Source of the DNA: Zygnema circumcarinatum SAG 698-1b
Taxonomy: Eukaryota > Plantae > Zygnematophyceae
Length of the DNA stretch: 64,000 nt
Assembly (NCBI GenBank): GCA_037447605.1
Contig: CM074816.1
Span: 1,255,873-1,319,872, forward strand
Reading direction: 5' to 3'
Shown here: positions 44,281-62,062 of the stretch, one piece after another
How positions within the stretch are numbered: the first letter of the stretch is position 1
Layout: each line of letters opens with the position of its first letter
Notes under the pieces: model-generated
Database searches by the model: none
The model's input: the letters and a program-made list of their open reading frames with translations, nothing else
What the model was told of the DNA's origin: nothing
Translations under genes and position numbers: made by a program

Positions 44281-47200
44281 ATGGCCTCCCGCTTCCGCCG
44301 GGAACAGCGGCGGCGGCGGTGGGCGGACAGCGGCACCGTCTTCCCGGCCTACTACGTGCCAGCTGTCGAGCGCCTGCTCCCCCCCGCTGGCCGCCATATG
44401 GCAGCCTCTGCGCTCGGCGTGGAGCTTCTGCAACTGACACGTGTCGGCTCGAGCTATGCAGAGATGGCGCATATGAAGGCGCTTCCACCCGCTCTTGGAG
44501 CTCTGTGGGAGGCTGCCCTCCTCTCTCCCTCAGGGAGGGAGGGGGAGAGGAAGAGGGAGAGAGAAGCCTCTCTCGAGGCGGACTTGGCAGCAGGTTTGTG
44601 CTCAGCAGAGATCTATTGTCTAGTTACTTAGTTAGTTAGTCTAGTTAGTTATAACTTTGTCTAGAATTGAGTGACTTAAGCGCTTCATGGAGTTGAGGGG
44701 CATTTGGATAAAGCCAACCCTAAGTCTAGTGTGCGTGCTGACATTTTATCCGAATTCCGGCCTTTCCTGACGTAATGTCGTTTTAACCTTGACTGTACAA
44801 CTAGTGTTAACTTCAATAATAGCTCCGCTACATTGACAAGTGTTAAGTTTTACTGTAGCTGTGCTACAAACCTTAATTGGAAGACTGATAAGACTTCTAT
44901 ACGAATTCAAACTGTAAAATTGCCTTCAGCTCGAATCCTAATCCCTCAATTTCCTAAATTCTTTACTCTAACTTTAAAATTTATCCCTGATTAACCTTAA
45001 GAAGCCTCTTGCCTTTTATCAGGATCAATTTTGAAGCTTGAAAAAACTTGCAGGCTCATTAATATTGGACCTTTGCTCTGTTTTTCCATGTTTGCATGTT
45101 TCAGGTCTGCGTCTCTATGTAGAAATTCTGTTCTTGGAAAATTCCAGACCAATACATAGAAGCCTGTTGGCCTATCTCATAAAGTTCCCAAAGGAACACG
45201 TGTCACGCCTAGATGACGCCATCTGGCAGTGCTGTCACGACTACGCTCCGGGAGGCTCCAAGTATCGACGATTTGCTGTGGGGGGAGCAGCGGCTTCCCT
45301 TACAGCTGCCCAGTTTCAGGTACATTTCTTGCTAACTTAGAAGGAGATATCTTGCCAACTGAGAAGGAAATTTCTTGCTGACTAAGGAGGAGATTTCTTT
45401 CTGCTACAAAGACTACTGGGTTCTTCGCGTCGAGCTGAGTTTTTGAGGTTTTTTTGGGCTTTCTGAGTGCACTTCTGTTGACTTGTGGAGAGGCAGCTAC
45501 GTCTGTATGGTTCACATGTATATGTTTTTTCACTTGGGATCGCTGTATTTGAAGATTAGATTGACTGTGAAAGCAGTTTTTGACATCACTTCTTCCGCTC
45601 ACATTTCTTCCCTTTGGGTCTGAAAGGGTTAATTTCTGGAGATTGTATACTTTACTTCCATTCTGTATCATTTTCACTCATTTCACTTTGATTTGTACAG
45701 AACAGGTTTTGCTAGACGGTGCGGGACGCAAATGTGCAAGAATTCTTGTCAAGGCGCTGAGCTTCGACATTTCATATGCGTTGGCCGTTTCACGGAGCGG
45801 AAGCCGTTTAACGCCAGCGAACATGGATGACTGTCAGGAGGCTCTCTCATCCATCTACTACCTCCTGCAGCGCTTTCCAGAGCAGTTCAGATCACCCCCC
45901 ATTCTTGAGCCTAAAAATCCGGATCAAATAAATCGAATTAATGAACTGGACACGTTAATAAGTCAGCCTGACGCTACACTAGGAGTCGGGAGCACTTTCA
46001 TTGGAGAAGATGGCGTGAGAAGGGAGGAAAGAGGAGTGAGAGCGGCTGTGACTGATATTGAACCAAAAGAAGCATTCGAGGCAGTAGTGAATGTCTTATT
46101 AGACGTTCTTCAGATGGGAGTATTGACACAAGACTGTTCCGTGGCAGCTGCCGTCAGTCTATGTGCCGCAATTCAGTTGTCAGTTCATTCGTCTGCCGAG
46201 CCGGAGTTTCTTTCTCTATATTTGGCTCGATCCTTTTTTTCGGCAGAAAAGGAGGAGAAGTGGGGAAGCCATGGAGGTAGAGTGAGAGAAGAGGATGAGA
46301 GAGGCGAGAGCGGAGAACATTTGGAGTTCAGCCTGCTGGACGGGGAAAAGGGAGAGGCGACGGAGGAGAATGCAGTAGAGGCGGTAATTAGGGTTTGCCG
46401 TAAGAGTACTTTGAAAAAGGAAGCGAAAAAATTTGCAGAATTTAGTCATCTATGTTGGCTGCGAGGTCTCCTCACCGCGATCCCTAGAGAAGCTCTATGT
46501 GCGCATCTCCTGTGGAGGAAAACTGTAGGCTCCAATCTGAGTCATGGAAACGGAAGCGTTGACTCTAGTTTGACCGGTCCAGCATGTGATCGTAGGCGTT
46601 CTTGGACTCTGCTTTTCGACGGAATTTTACCCAAAATCTGTCGTTACTGTGAACTGTCCACGGACGCACATTTCAAGTTCCATGCAGTTACATGTCTGCA
46701 AATATGTCTTCAGCAGATGAAAGCTGCAATTTTGGATGGAACGGAAGCGGCTATGGCTGACGTGGCATCAGAGAAGGCTGGCCTGAATTTTCCGGCCTAT
46801 GAGGCGGTGCCAGGTGGCACGATCTCACGAATTCTGCAGATGGTCTGGAATAATTGGGAAGATCCGGTCGCTCAAACTGTAAAGCAGGTCCAAACCGTTT
46901 TTGATTTGTTGGTAGATGTAGTGCAGGCTGTGTCTGCGACAAAGAAAAGCAAGAATCAGAGAATTCTTAAGAACTCTACAAATCTTGATAAAGTGAAGCA
47001 CGTTGAAAGCCATGAAACTGTGGTTGTAGGAGCAGAGGGGGTGAAAGGCTTTAGTTCAGACACGTGTGAGTGGGACGAGGAAGGAGGTCTCGGATTAGGG
47101 GAATTAGAGCAAGGATGGATGGATGAAGAAGCGCAGGAAGCGGAAGAAACTAATAAAAATACTCCTTCTGATGCTGAGCTGATTATAGTAGAATCTACGG

Positions 47201-50200
47201 GTAAATTAGGGTTAGAAGAGGACCTTCTTAAGGACGGGGCATGGATTGACACAAAGCTCTTCTTAGAGAGAATAGCAATGGACCTTTTGCAAGCAGGAGG
47301 GCATCGGAAAGGGCGATACGTACCTCTTGCCTCTCTCTCCTTCAAAATTGGGGCTTTGAAATGTTTACAAATGGACCCGTATTTGCTGCACGAATCGATT
47401 GCGGCTATTTCTGACGACGGAGTTTGCTGTTCTGTCAGTTCCTTTTTAAAGACTTTCTTAGAAAGACTGAGGGAGGAGTGTCAAAGGGAGGAGGGAGGAG
47501 CCTTGGAAGGGGATGCCAGGTGGCGCCGTCTCTGGGTGCCACCTGTCCTGAAAGCCCTCCTTGGAACCAACGGAAAACTTCGTGCAAATGTGACAACATA
47601 TGCACTTCCTGTTGGTCTGCTAATGGATAGAGACAGCCTTTGGCCTATGGTAGCCTTCATTCTTGACATGGAACACCGAAAAGATGAAGGGGTGAGAGTG
47701 GTAGGAGAGAGAGATGCTGAGATGGGAGTGGAGGGGGCAAACCCTAGATTTCTGAAAAACCCCAGAGGCCCTAAAAAGGGGTGGAGTGAACTGGAGGGGG
47801 CGGAGGGGCTACCACTTGATGCTTCTGCAGATCAGAGAGTGGGAGGTTTGGTGTCAGTTTTGAAGGTAGCACGGATTTTAGCTCTTGTAGATGGAGGAAT
47901 GGAGAATCTGTTTGAGGAGCCTCAGGTAGAAGTAATAGAACATTCGAAATTTGGGGTGAAATTGACATGGAACGGGACATGGAACAAGGGCTTGTCTGAA
48001 ATGGAACAAATGGAGGGTGCTTTGGTGGAAGGAAATGGGGGAGAGAGAGAGAGGGGGAGGGAGAGGCAGCGGGGCAGGAGAGAGAGGGTCGGTGGGGGGA
48101 TTCAGATTCCTTTTGTGTTTTTGAGGAGTTCTGTGATTCACAAAGACGATGGATTGAGAGTGGATGCTGCAGAACTCCTTTCTTTGAATCCGCGAACTTC
48201 TGCGATGCCAACTGTACTAGAACTGAAACTGCTGAGGTTTGCGATTCCATTCAATTTACGGTGCTCCTCAACGGCATTCCGTATGAGGTGGACTAGCCTC
48301 ATGAAGAAATTCTTTGTACGGATGCAAAATGCTCTGGAGAGGAAAGCTGTGGAAGCTGCAAAAGCGACAGGAAATTTGAAGGTATCTGAAAACCTCAAGA
48401 ATTCCAGGAACTCTAAAGTTTCGGGCGTGAGACTGAAAACAGCGAGTGTGGAGAGGAGGAAGATGCTGAGAAAATGGGGTTTCGGGGGTGAGGGAGATGT
48501 GGGTTTGAGAGGAGGGGTGAGGGTTTCAGAGCGAGAGGAGGATGATGAGGCCGGGAGCGATGGCTTCATAGAGAGAGAGAGAGAGGAGGGGGAGGAAGGA
48601 GATGAGAAAGAAGCGAGTGTGGGAGAAGTGCAGGAGTTCTTGATTTGGTTAACCAATTTACTCACTAATTCCCTTTACCCGGGGGCACCTTATGAGCGGA
48701 AAAACATGGCAATGGAGCTTTATAATGCGATTATTGAAGTATGGAATCCTGTGGAGGCCCTTGCATCATGGGAACGTGCAAAAACCAGAAACAGTTTAGC
48801 AAATACGGTAGTGGATAACGGAACAGCAAAGACGGAAGAGCTGCATGGAGAGCCGTTCTTTCCGTTCCAAGAAGGCCTGCTTTCGTCAGGGGGAACTTTT
48901 GCCCTAATTGGAGCGGCTGTGGATAGCTGGGATAGGCTGAGAGAGGGATCGTTTACTCTTCTGCAAAAATACCCTACTCCCTTTCCAGGTGTGAACGGAG
49001 CTCCGGAGGTAGAGGATATATTGAAGTGGGTCAAAGGACTGATTTTGAGTCCGAGAGTGAGAGAGGCAGATGCAGGGGCTCTCATCCTACGGCTCATATT
49101 TAAGAAGTACGTGATCGAGCTCGGATGGAAGGTTAAGATGCATCCTGAACCGAAAGTCGTATGTTTGAAAGGAAAGGGAGATGATGAGGGTGAGAAGGGA
49201 CACTTGGCAGATGCAGGTGATGCCATGTGGCAGTACGTGGAATCTTTGAATGATTGGTTGGAGGCAGGAGTGGTAGAGGGAGAGAGGGATCTAGTGAGTG
49301 CGTGCAAACGTAGCTTAGTGCATGGGATTTTAGTGGCTATTAGATATAGTATGGAGGAGATAGAGTGGAGTTCAAGGCCGGTAAGGAGGAGGAGGGAGGA
49401 GTTGAGAGTGGCGTTAGAGAGGTTGCTTGGCCTCGTATTGAGAGTGACTTCTTTGGCCCTGTGGGTGGTCTCGGCGGATGCATTGAAGGTACCGAGAGAG
49501 AGGGAGGGAGAGGAGAGGGATGGAGTGGGAGGGGGAGGGAGTGGGGGAAAAGTGGAGGGAGAAGCGAGGGTGCTGAAGAAGGAGAGAGAGGTGGATGTTT
49601 GTCTGGATGTGAGTGAGGGCAATGAGGTCGTGGCGGAAGGAGAGATGTACGAGATAAACAATGGAGAAGAGATGTGGGAAGAGGGAGAGGATTTGGAGGA
49701 ATGGGAGGGGGATATGGAGGGAGAGGGGCTGGCTCCAAGAGAGCAAATGGTTATGGTGGGATGCTGGCTGTCGATGAAGGAGGTAGAACCCTAAACCCAC
49801 GCCCTAACCCTAATACCCTCAAAATTCCTGGAAAGGGAGAAATTAAGCTAAATTTCAGTTGCAACGGGGTGATATTCTATAGATTTTCATGTTAAGCGAT
49901 CGCTAATGTGCTTTCGAATTATTGTTTTGCAAGTCCGGTCATCACGATTGTAAACTTTGGAGTCTTAAATTCCTTATTTAGCTGATGTTTTTCTGTGTTT
50001 CAGGTGAGCCTGCTCCTTGGCTCCTTAGCTCACGCAGTTCCGTTGCCGGGAGCGGAACCGGATACCAACGGAAATACGGAGGACACAACGGTTAACGGAG
50101 ACACAGAGCCGGACATGGAACCCGACGGCGAACAGCCGTTGCTCAATGCACAACAGTTGCAGGTGAACCCCCCTCTCCCACGACCCTAAGAACCCAATTT

Positions 50201-53200
50201 TATCATAATTATATTTCCAAACAACGCTAAAAAACTCTGATCAGAAAATCTAGACTCTGAAATCGAAAAGAAAAACCGTAAAACTCAGGACTATCAAAAA
50301 GCCGGAACCCTACAAACGGTAACATTCAAATGCTCTTGAAAATGTTGAATTCTGCATAGCTAAGTGCTGGCTATGCAGAACTACCGGATTCGTCATTTTG
50401 TTGGCCCGAAATTTTTTTTAAGCCCGAAAAACCCAAGAAATCCGGACTTGCCCTTTGTTCGTTCTTTATTCTACTTGTCTCTCTATTTATTTTTCCCTGT
50501 AAGCAGGCGATAGGGGAGCATTTTCTGAGCGTGCTACTGGCTCTAAAGCATAATGGAGCCATAGATAAAACGAGAGCAGGCTTTATTGCTCTCTCCGAGC
50601 GATTGCTTCGATCCGAGTCCTTTGAGTGAGTTTCTATTACAAAGTGTGAGAAAGAAGCAAAAAAAGCATTTACATTGTACGTTTTCTCGTCTTGAGAGGA
50701 ACTTGAACTTCAAAATATCAGCTTGTTTATGAATGAGGCTTACAAATTCTCCCTCTCCCTCCCATCTTCTTCTCTTTCTCTTCTCCTCTCTCTCTCTGTT
50801 CCCCTCCCCTTTTCCTTTCTCCTTTACTCTCCCTTCTCTTCTCCCTCCCTATTCTCTCGTTGCCTCTCTCGCTCCCGTCTTTCCATTCCCCCCCCCCCCC
50901 TCTTCTCACCCTCCCCCCCTCTCTCTCTTTTCTCCCCCTCCCCCTCTCCCGCTCCCCCTCCCAACCTTCCTTCCCACCCCCTCCTCCCACTCCCCCCTTC
51001 CCCACTCTCTCCCTCTCCCCTCTCCCCTCCTGCCTCCCTCCCCCTCCTCTCCCTTCCCCCCTCTCGCCCTTCTCCCCCTCCCCCGCTCCCACCCCCCCTC
51101 CCCTTCCTCCTCTTCCCTTCCCCCCCTCCCNNNNNNNNNNGACAGGGAGTGGGAGGGGGAGAGGGAGGCGGAAGGGGAGAGGGAGAGGGAGAGCGTGAGA
51201 GAGAGGGAGAGGGGGAGGGAGAGGGAGCAAGACGGGGGGAGGGAGAGGGGGAGCGTGAGAGAGAGGGAGAGGGGGAGGGAGAGGGAGCAGGACATGGGGA
51301 GGGGGAGGGAGAGGGAAACAGAGAGAGGGAGAGAGAGGCAGGGAGGGAGAAGTCAGACGGCATGGTTCCGCAAGTGCACGCATTCAACTCCCTCCGCGCG
51401 GCCTTCAACGACGCCAACCTCACCACCGACATGTCCGGCTTCTGCGCTGAGGGCCTGCAGGCGGCCATTGCCGCCTTCTCCTCGCCCCATTGGGAGGTGC
51501 GGAACAGCGCCTCTCTCGCCTTCACAGCGCTTGTCAATAGGACGCTCGGGTTCATGAATATCATGCAACAGGAAACGGCTCGGAGAGCAATCACTGGGTT
51601 CGAGTTTTTCCACAGGTGGGCTCTCTATCTCTCTCTCACTCACTCTCTCTTTCGCTCTCTCGCTTTCTCTCTCCCTCTCTCTTCCTTTTTCGTCACCTAT
51701 CTTCTTCTCCTTTTCAGACGTTCTGCAATGGGGTGTTTTCTATCTGGACATCAAGGCCTCCGACTTCATCTTCCCCTGCAAAATCTCTGAAGATATAAGA
51801 TCCAAACTAACCTAAAACCCTTGTTCTGACAAATGCAGGTATCCCTCCCTCCACCCTTTCCTCTTGGGCCAATTGGAAGTCGCCACGTGTCTCCTCGACG
51901 GACCCGCAGGCGCTCCCTCGACGTCTGAACCGCTTCACCCCAGCCTTTGCCCTGTACTGATTCTGCTTTCCCGCCTGAAGCCATCCGTAATCAATACCAA
52001 GCAAGACGATTGGCTGAGCCCTTCCGCCTTCCTCCCATTCGTCAGCCGCTGCGCCCTCCAACGGAATCTCCATGTGCGCGTTTTAGCGTCGCGGGCCCTC
52101 GCGCCACTTGTCGCCTCCCAGGACGTGACACGTGTCCTCCTCGGAATGGCTCACATTCTCCCCCTCGTTGCCGATGGGCCCGGTCAGAATCCAGACGGAA
52201 CGGCGAATCCGATTGCGCCACGTGGCAGTGGGGACCGGCTGGAAGACGGGGGAATGCCAAGTGGCGGGCAGGGATTGGGTAAACTGAGAACGTACAACGC
52301 TGTGCATGGAACCTTACTGCAGATGCACTCGTTGCTGGTGACGTCAAGGAGCTCTATTGCTGACGCTGAAGCAAGGGAGAGGATCATACTATTGCTTCTA
52401 CCGGAGCTGGAGGCTCGGGATTGGCTCGGAAACCCATATAAATGTAAATGCTATCTAGTAGTGCGTGAGTTTCTGAGGGTTTTGGCCGTGCTGGGAGAGC
52501 TGGGAGAGGGAGAGAGAGAAGAGGGAGGAGAGATAGGAGAGAGAGGAGGGAGAGGAGAGAAGAAGGGGCGGAATTTGAACGAGAGTCGGCCTATCGATAG
52601 TTATCCTGAAAACCCTAAAAGCCTTGAAATTATTGCAAACCCTAAAGACCCCAAAGTTTTGGCGACGGAGGTAGCAACGATATCTCTCGATATGGAGATT
52701 AGGAGGGAGTGGGGGGTTGTGGATGCAACATTCGTTAAATTGAGGGAACAAGCGGCGGAAATTTATTTCAAGATGGGACTCTTTTTGGAGGGGGATGAGG
52801 TCCACTTTGGTGAATTTTTTCAACGTCTCAAAGCAGCACTAGAGGACGAAATGTATGAAGTAAGGTTGGCTGCATTGAAGTTTTTGAAGAAGGCAGCTTC
52901 GGGAAGCATAGGTGGAGGAGTTTCCGGGCAGGCGGAAAAAGTTTTGGCCTGTGTTCAACCAATCCTAGTCGAGCTTTTGGTCAAAGAGGGGCATCCGCAA
53001 TGCATGCGTCGAATTTTGCAGGTTATGTTCATGTGGAGCTCAAGAACTGGAAATTTTTGGACTCGGGCAGGTGGGGAAAACAGGTCGGTAGAAGCAGAAG
53101 ATAGCTTTGAGGGGCAGACCAATGGGGGGTTGACAGGTGGATCTCCGAACGAAAGTTTTTCCTTGCAGCTTTGGAAAAAGATACTAGAGATTTTTGAACG

Positions 53201-54719
53201 TTCTCGACAAATGAAAACGAAGGAAATTGCTCTGAAGTGTTTGGGCATCTGCTTGCGAAACATTTTGCCTTCTGTGAGGCAGGCCGTCTGGGGGGATGTA
53301 TCTGGTCAAGATTTTGTCCAATGGGAGGACGCAGAATCTGTACTTGCCACGTGGCAGGAGCTGATTCGTCGGCACAGCAGGGCAGATCAACCTGCGACTT
53401 TCAGGAGAGCTACAGCTGACGCAATTATTGCGTCACACTTGCTGAGAGAGGGAAACTATGTGGGTGAAAAGTGGGAGGAAACCCTAAAAAAGTTGTATTT
53501 CGTTGATACCCTGAATGGAATTAGGGCATTCTCAGAGGGGAGAGATGCGGAGAGAGACAAGTCGGGAATCACGGCAGGGAGGGAGAGTGGGGGAGTGGGA
53601 GCGATGGAGGGAGAACGAGACGGGGCTTGGAGAGAGAGAGAGGAGCGAGAGACGAGAAGTATTGGGCAAAAGGAAAAAGTGAAGATATATTTGGACGCAG
53701 TTTTACGGATATGGGCGTTATGTGTGCGAATGTTGGAGGATGAAGATTTGGATTTGAGGCAGAAATTGGCGACTTCAATGCAAGGAGTGGTAGAGGAGCA
53801 GATGGGTGTGAGGGGGGTGGGAGAGAGCGCCATGCGGGAGGAGATGGGTCAAGAGAGAGAGAGAGAGAGGGAGAGGGAGAGAGAGGGGATGTGGGTTCAA
53901 GAGATGATTCCTGCACAAGAGGAGGTAGTGCTAGAACTTAGCTTCGATTATATGTCTATGTGCTTTTGGTGGTGGGACCCATACTTGGATATTTTGGCCG
54001 AATGGGTGATGGGTCCGGTAGGGCTTGGAGGAGAGGGAGAGCGAGGTACTGATTTCGATTTGGTGAAGAGGCTTTTTGATAAGGAGATTGACAACCATCA
54101 TGAGGAGGAGCTTCTTTTTGTTCAACTCTCATGTCTTCATTTGAAGAAGGTTATTCAAAGGAGGGGAGAAGAGGAGGAGAGGGAGAGGGAGAGGGAGATG
54201 CAGATGGAGAGAGTGGCGGGAGAGGGAGGATGGGGCAGGGATGAGCAGCCGGAGGTGAGTCAAGTTGGGTCGAAGCTTGTGGAGAAGGTGAGGGATTGGA
54301 GGAGGAAGTTTTTGGAGAGGTTTAAAGTTTATGTGAACGTGGTAGTGAAGATGGAGAGGAGGATGAAGTGGGTGGGAGGGGTAACGAACCATCAAGATGC
54401 CTTCATGCTCCTCCTTAGGACACTGCTCGGGCTGTTGACTTTGGTTGACCCAACGGGGGAAGAGAGGGGGGGAAGCTCCTTGGAAGCTTCCCTTCAAGAG
54501 AGAACGGAAGAGGAGAATATACGAAGGGAGTTGAGAGAGGCGACGGCGGTGCTGTTGGCTTTACGGCTTCACTCTCTGGTGGGGAATACTCTTTTTATGG
54601 TTCTGGAGGCCTACGAGACGAGAATGAGTACTCCCCAAACTTTGGGTGCCGAGTCCGTGAAGTTGCGTCTGGGCGCCATGTGGTCGAGAACGTTCAATCC
54701 GCTCTTTTTGCTCGCGTGA
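44281..54719 (+). CDS. THADA: THADA / Trm732-like armadillo-repeat protein (DUF2428); exons 44281-44593, 45105-45319, 45706-49782, 50004-50162, 50507-50625, [gap], ~51141-51615, 51839-54719
   Basis: Plant-type N-terminus (RREQRRRRW..SGTVFP..Y; LYVEILFLENS.P.HRSL). Also contains WNNWEDP, HRKGRYVPLASL, YERKNMAMEL, DSWDRLRE, SPRVREADAGAL, GCWLSMKE|VSLLLG, LKHNGAIDKTRAGF, VHAFNSLRAAFND, WEVRNSA.LAFTAL.R.LGF, FFHRYPSLH and NPLFLL*. Confidence 0.92.
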
Positions 54720-55150
54720 CGAGCAGCCATTTTTTTTTTTTTTTTTTTTTTGTTCCGGTTCTGGAGGAAATGAAGTCAGCAAAGGTTATCATTTATATGT
54801 CTATGTGTCATCGTCGCTGTGCCGATTGCTGTTGAACGGTGGTGTGCGCATAGAGCCTTGTGTTTAAAAAAAAAAATTGAAGGATGTGTGGACCGTTTTT
54901 GAGTACTTTGGTTGGGTCCGTTCCGTTGATGCGTTCCAAATGCAAACATTCAACAAGTATACAACAGAGGTATATAAACCAGTTTGCAGTTAGGGTAACT
55001 GTTCTATGTCCCTGTTCGCAGTTGCGTAGTAACGGCTCCGTTTCACAGCGATCGGAGACATTCATAGGAAAGAAAAGGCGCGGAAACCGTACATCGTTCC
55101 CGTACACATTTTGTACGTTTGATTGTACGGACGTCGATGGATAAAGAATT

Positions 55151-55399
55151 CACGTCGCTTGTCGGAACCTGAACGACTTTGTGCCACGTGGTGGATAGTG
55201 AATAGTCCACGTATCAAGGTCCGTACAATTATGGTCGGTCGGATTAGGGCGGTCCTGACTCAGGGCGCTCCCGGGGGTGCCACGTGGTAAGTGGTCCTGC
55301 TGCCTCAGCTTTTGCTAATTTGCTTGCAACACGTGGCCTGCATCCACGTCAGCACTTGTCGTTTCTTAAAAATATGGCGACACGTGTCCATGCCACGTC
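55151..55399. promoter_or_regulatory. Cluster of eight CACGT cores (G-box/ABRE-like) upstream of the membrane-protein gene
   Basis: CACGT at 55151, 55185, 55208, 55281, 55330, 55345, 55381 and 55394. Includes ACGTGGC and ACGTGTC. Confidence 0.5.
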
Positions 55400-56206
55400 A
55401 TCGGAAGGCGCTTGGACGAGGCGATGAGTGGGCGGATGGCCATGCGACATGGCGGCCATGCAGGGGGCCATGGGGGAGAGGACCAAAAATGAAATTTCAT
55501 TTGGGGGTCGGAGAAGGAAACTTCTAGGCTCGGGCAGGAGTTGACGGCTGTGGAAAATTTTTGGAAGGCGGGCTGTGGACACGCAAAAAAATATTGGAGG
55601 GAAGAAAATGGAAAAAGGAAAGGACGGAAAGTAAGTAAAGTCAACATTGTAAATATTTTTGGAATGAATGATTGGAGCGGAAAGTAAACCGACTCCAAAA
55701 AAAAAAAATCTGGTTTGCGAGAATTTGAAGCTGAGAAATAAAAGGAGTGGCGAATGAAAAAAAGGTGAATAGAGCGCGGAATGTTACGTAAATGAAAAGA
55801 TCGGAGGGAAGGAACTCAGAAAGTGTTGAATCAGTTCCTTATTTTTGCGAAAAGGATGGTTCTTTGCTTGCCGCCGAAATTCTGAAAAAAAAAGGGAAAA
55901 GGAGACTTGAAACTTTTCTGCTCTGAACTTGGAGCGAGTTTTGGACGAGAGACTGCGCATGCCAATACAGAAATTTGGAGGGAATAAGGGCAGGGCAGGG
56001 CAGGGCAGGGCAGGGCAGGGCGGGAGGCGGCAAGGGGGAGGGAGGCCTGTAACAGGAGGGAGAGGACAGAGGAAGAGGAGGAGAGTAATTCTCCCCTGAC
56101 AAGGTGTTGCAGGAGGTGGAGGAGGAGTTTCAAGACATGCAAGAACAACAAATAAGCAGCTGCAGTTGCATCACTTGAAGTGAGGAACAGCATTGGCATC
56201 CATGCA

Positions 56207-60474
<4,268 letters not shown>

Positions 60475-62062
60475 TGAGATCTCTGCTCTGCAGTTTCAGT
60501 TTTCCAGTGTTCCAGTTCAATCTTAATTTCAGTTCCATTCTCAGTTTCAGTTGTAGCGCTGTTAAATGCAATAGGTTTTAGGCTCTTTAGTGAAAGCTGG
60601 CAAGGGCTGTGCCTCGGATGTCGATGTACATAGAGACGGGAGACTCTGGAGTGCGTCTGCAGATTTTGATAGTGACAGGTTAGTCATTGCGTAGTGTATT
60701 TGAGAGCTTCGAGAGGAAGAGGGTAAGGTGTGCTCCTGCTGCTGCTGCTGCTTGCTGCTGCTGATTGCTAAGCCCTGGGGTTCAGGGGCGGATGATCTTT
60801 GCACGTGTATTGGGAAATTGAGGAATTGTGAGCGAGCGAGAGCAGTGCTCAGTGTGTGGGTCCATATGTTGTCCTGCCGTTCCATGTGCATGGAATCCCG
60901 CTTCAGTTCTGGCTTTTTTACAAAGGAGACCTGTACTGCTATATGCTTCATGACCGTGAGGTGACGGTGGGGGATCGTTGTCTTAAGCGGGAGGTTTCCC
61001 AGGGTTTTGCAATTACGTGCAAGTTTTTGAATAAACATATTTTTTTTGGAACCACGTATGATTCTTGCATTTAAAGAGGTAGAAAAAAAAAAAAATCGTC
61101 CATGCAATTCGAAAGAACACTTGATTGAACGTTTGCTGATTTGATTGTTTTGCTCTTAAGAGCCAATCATTTATATCGCCTCTGTTTTAAAAAAGAAACC
61201 TAGTCGCCCAACATCTGTAAATTCAGTCTGCTGGCGGATTAGTCCGAGCAGGGTCCTGAGGGGACAAGTGAAGCCGAGCCGAGCCGAGCCATTTCTTCTC
61301 TTTTTTATGTGAATTAAAGTACGAAGAAGAGAACACAATGAAGGAGCACAATGCATAGAAGCAGCACGAGCATATAACGCATGAATAGAATGTCTAGAAT
61401 TTGAGATTTATGGACACGACTCATTTTATTCCCTCGATTAAGTCGAGTGTCTAACTTCACCGAGTTAAGTTGACCATCTAAGCATCTCGGCAGTTGAATA
61501 TCACGAAGAATAACCAATAGAAAAGTATTTTGCGCGAAGGGAAGCGCGCCAACTTCAAAGAGCACAACTCTTGAACCTAAAATCTTGTACGCTTTGAAAC
61601 CACAGCCGACAGGGTGTCTCAAGTTCCATGTTCTGTTCCATGCCACAAGTTTTTTCTCTTTTAAGGAACTAGTTCACATTGATCTTCCGCAGTCACTACT
61701 GATCGAGATTGGCAACTGGTCAACTGGCCTGGTCAACTGGCCTGGTCAACGCTCTGCCGCCATTTCCCACTGAGAGAGGTAGCAAGGCAAGTCGATCTCG
61801 CCGCATGCTTGCAGTTCGCATGGTGGGCCTGAGCACATGAAGAATGAAATGTCATTCATCTCGCGATGGCGATGCCACCAACTGCACATCGACATAGTCA
61901 GCATTGGGAACCACGAAGACCCAACCGCTCACAAAGGAGCACCTGAGAGCAATAGAAAAACGCTACGAGCGGAAATCTGCCTCTAGGCCCGACAAGGCGG
62001 CCCTAGAAATTTTGATGTTGGGGCACATCAAGGTGTTGGTACTTAGTTCCTCGCATGAATGT

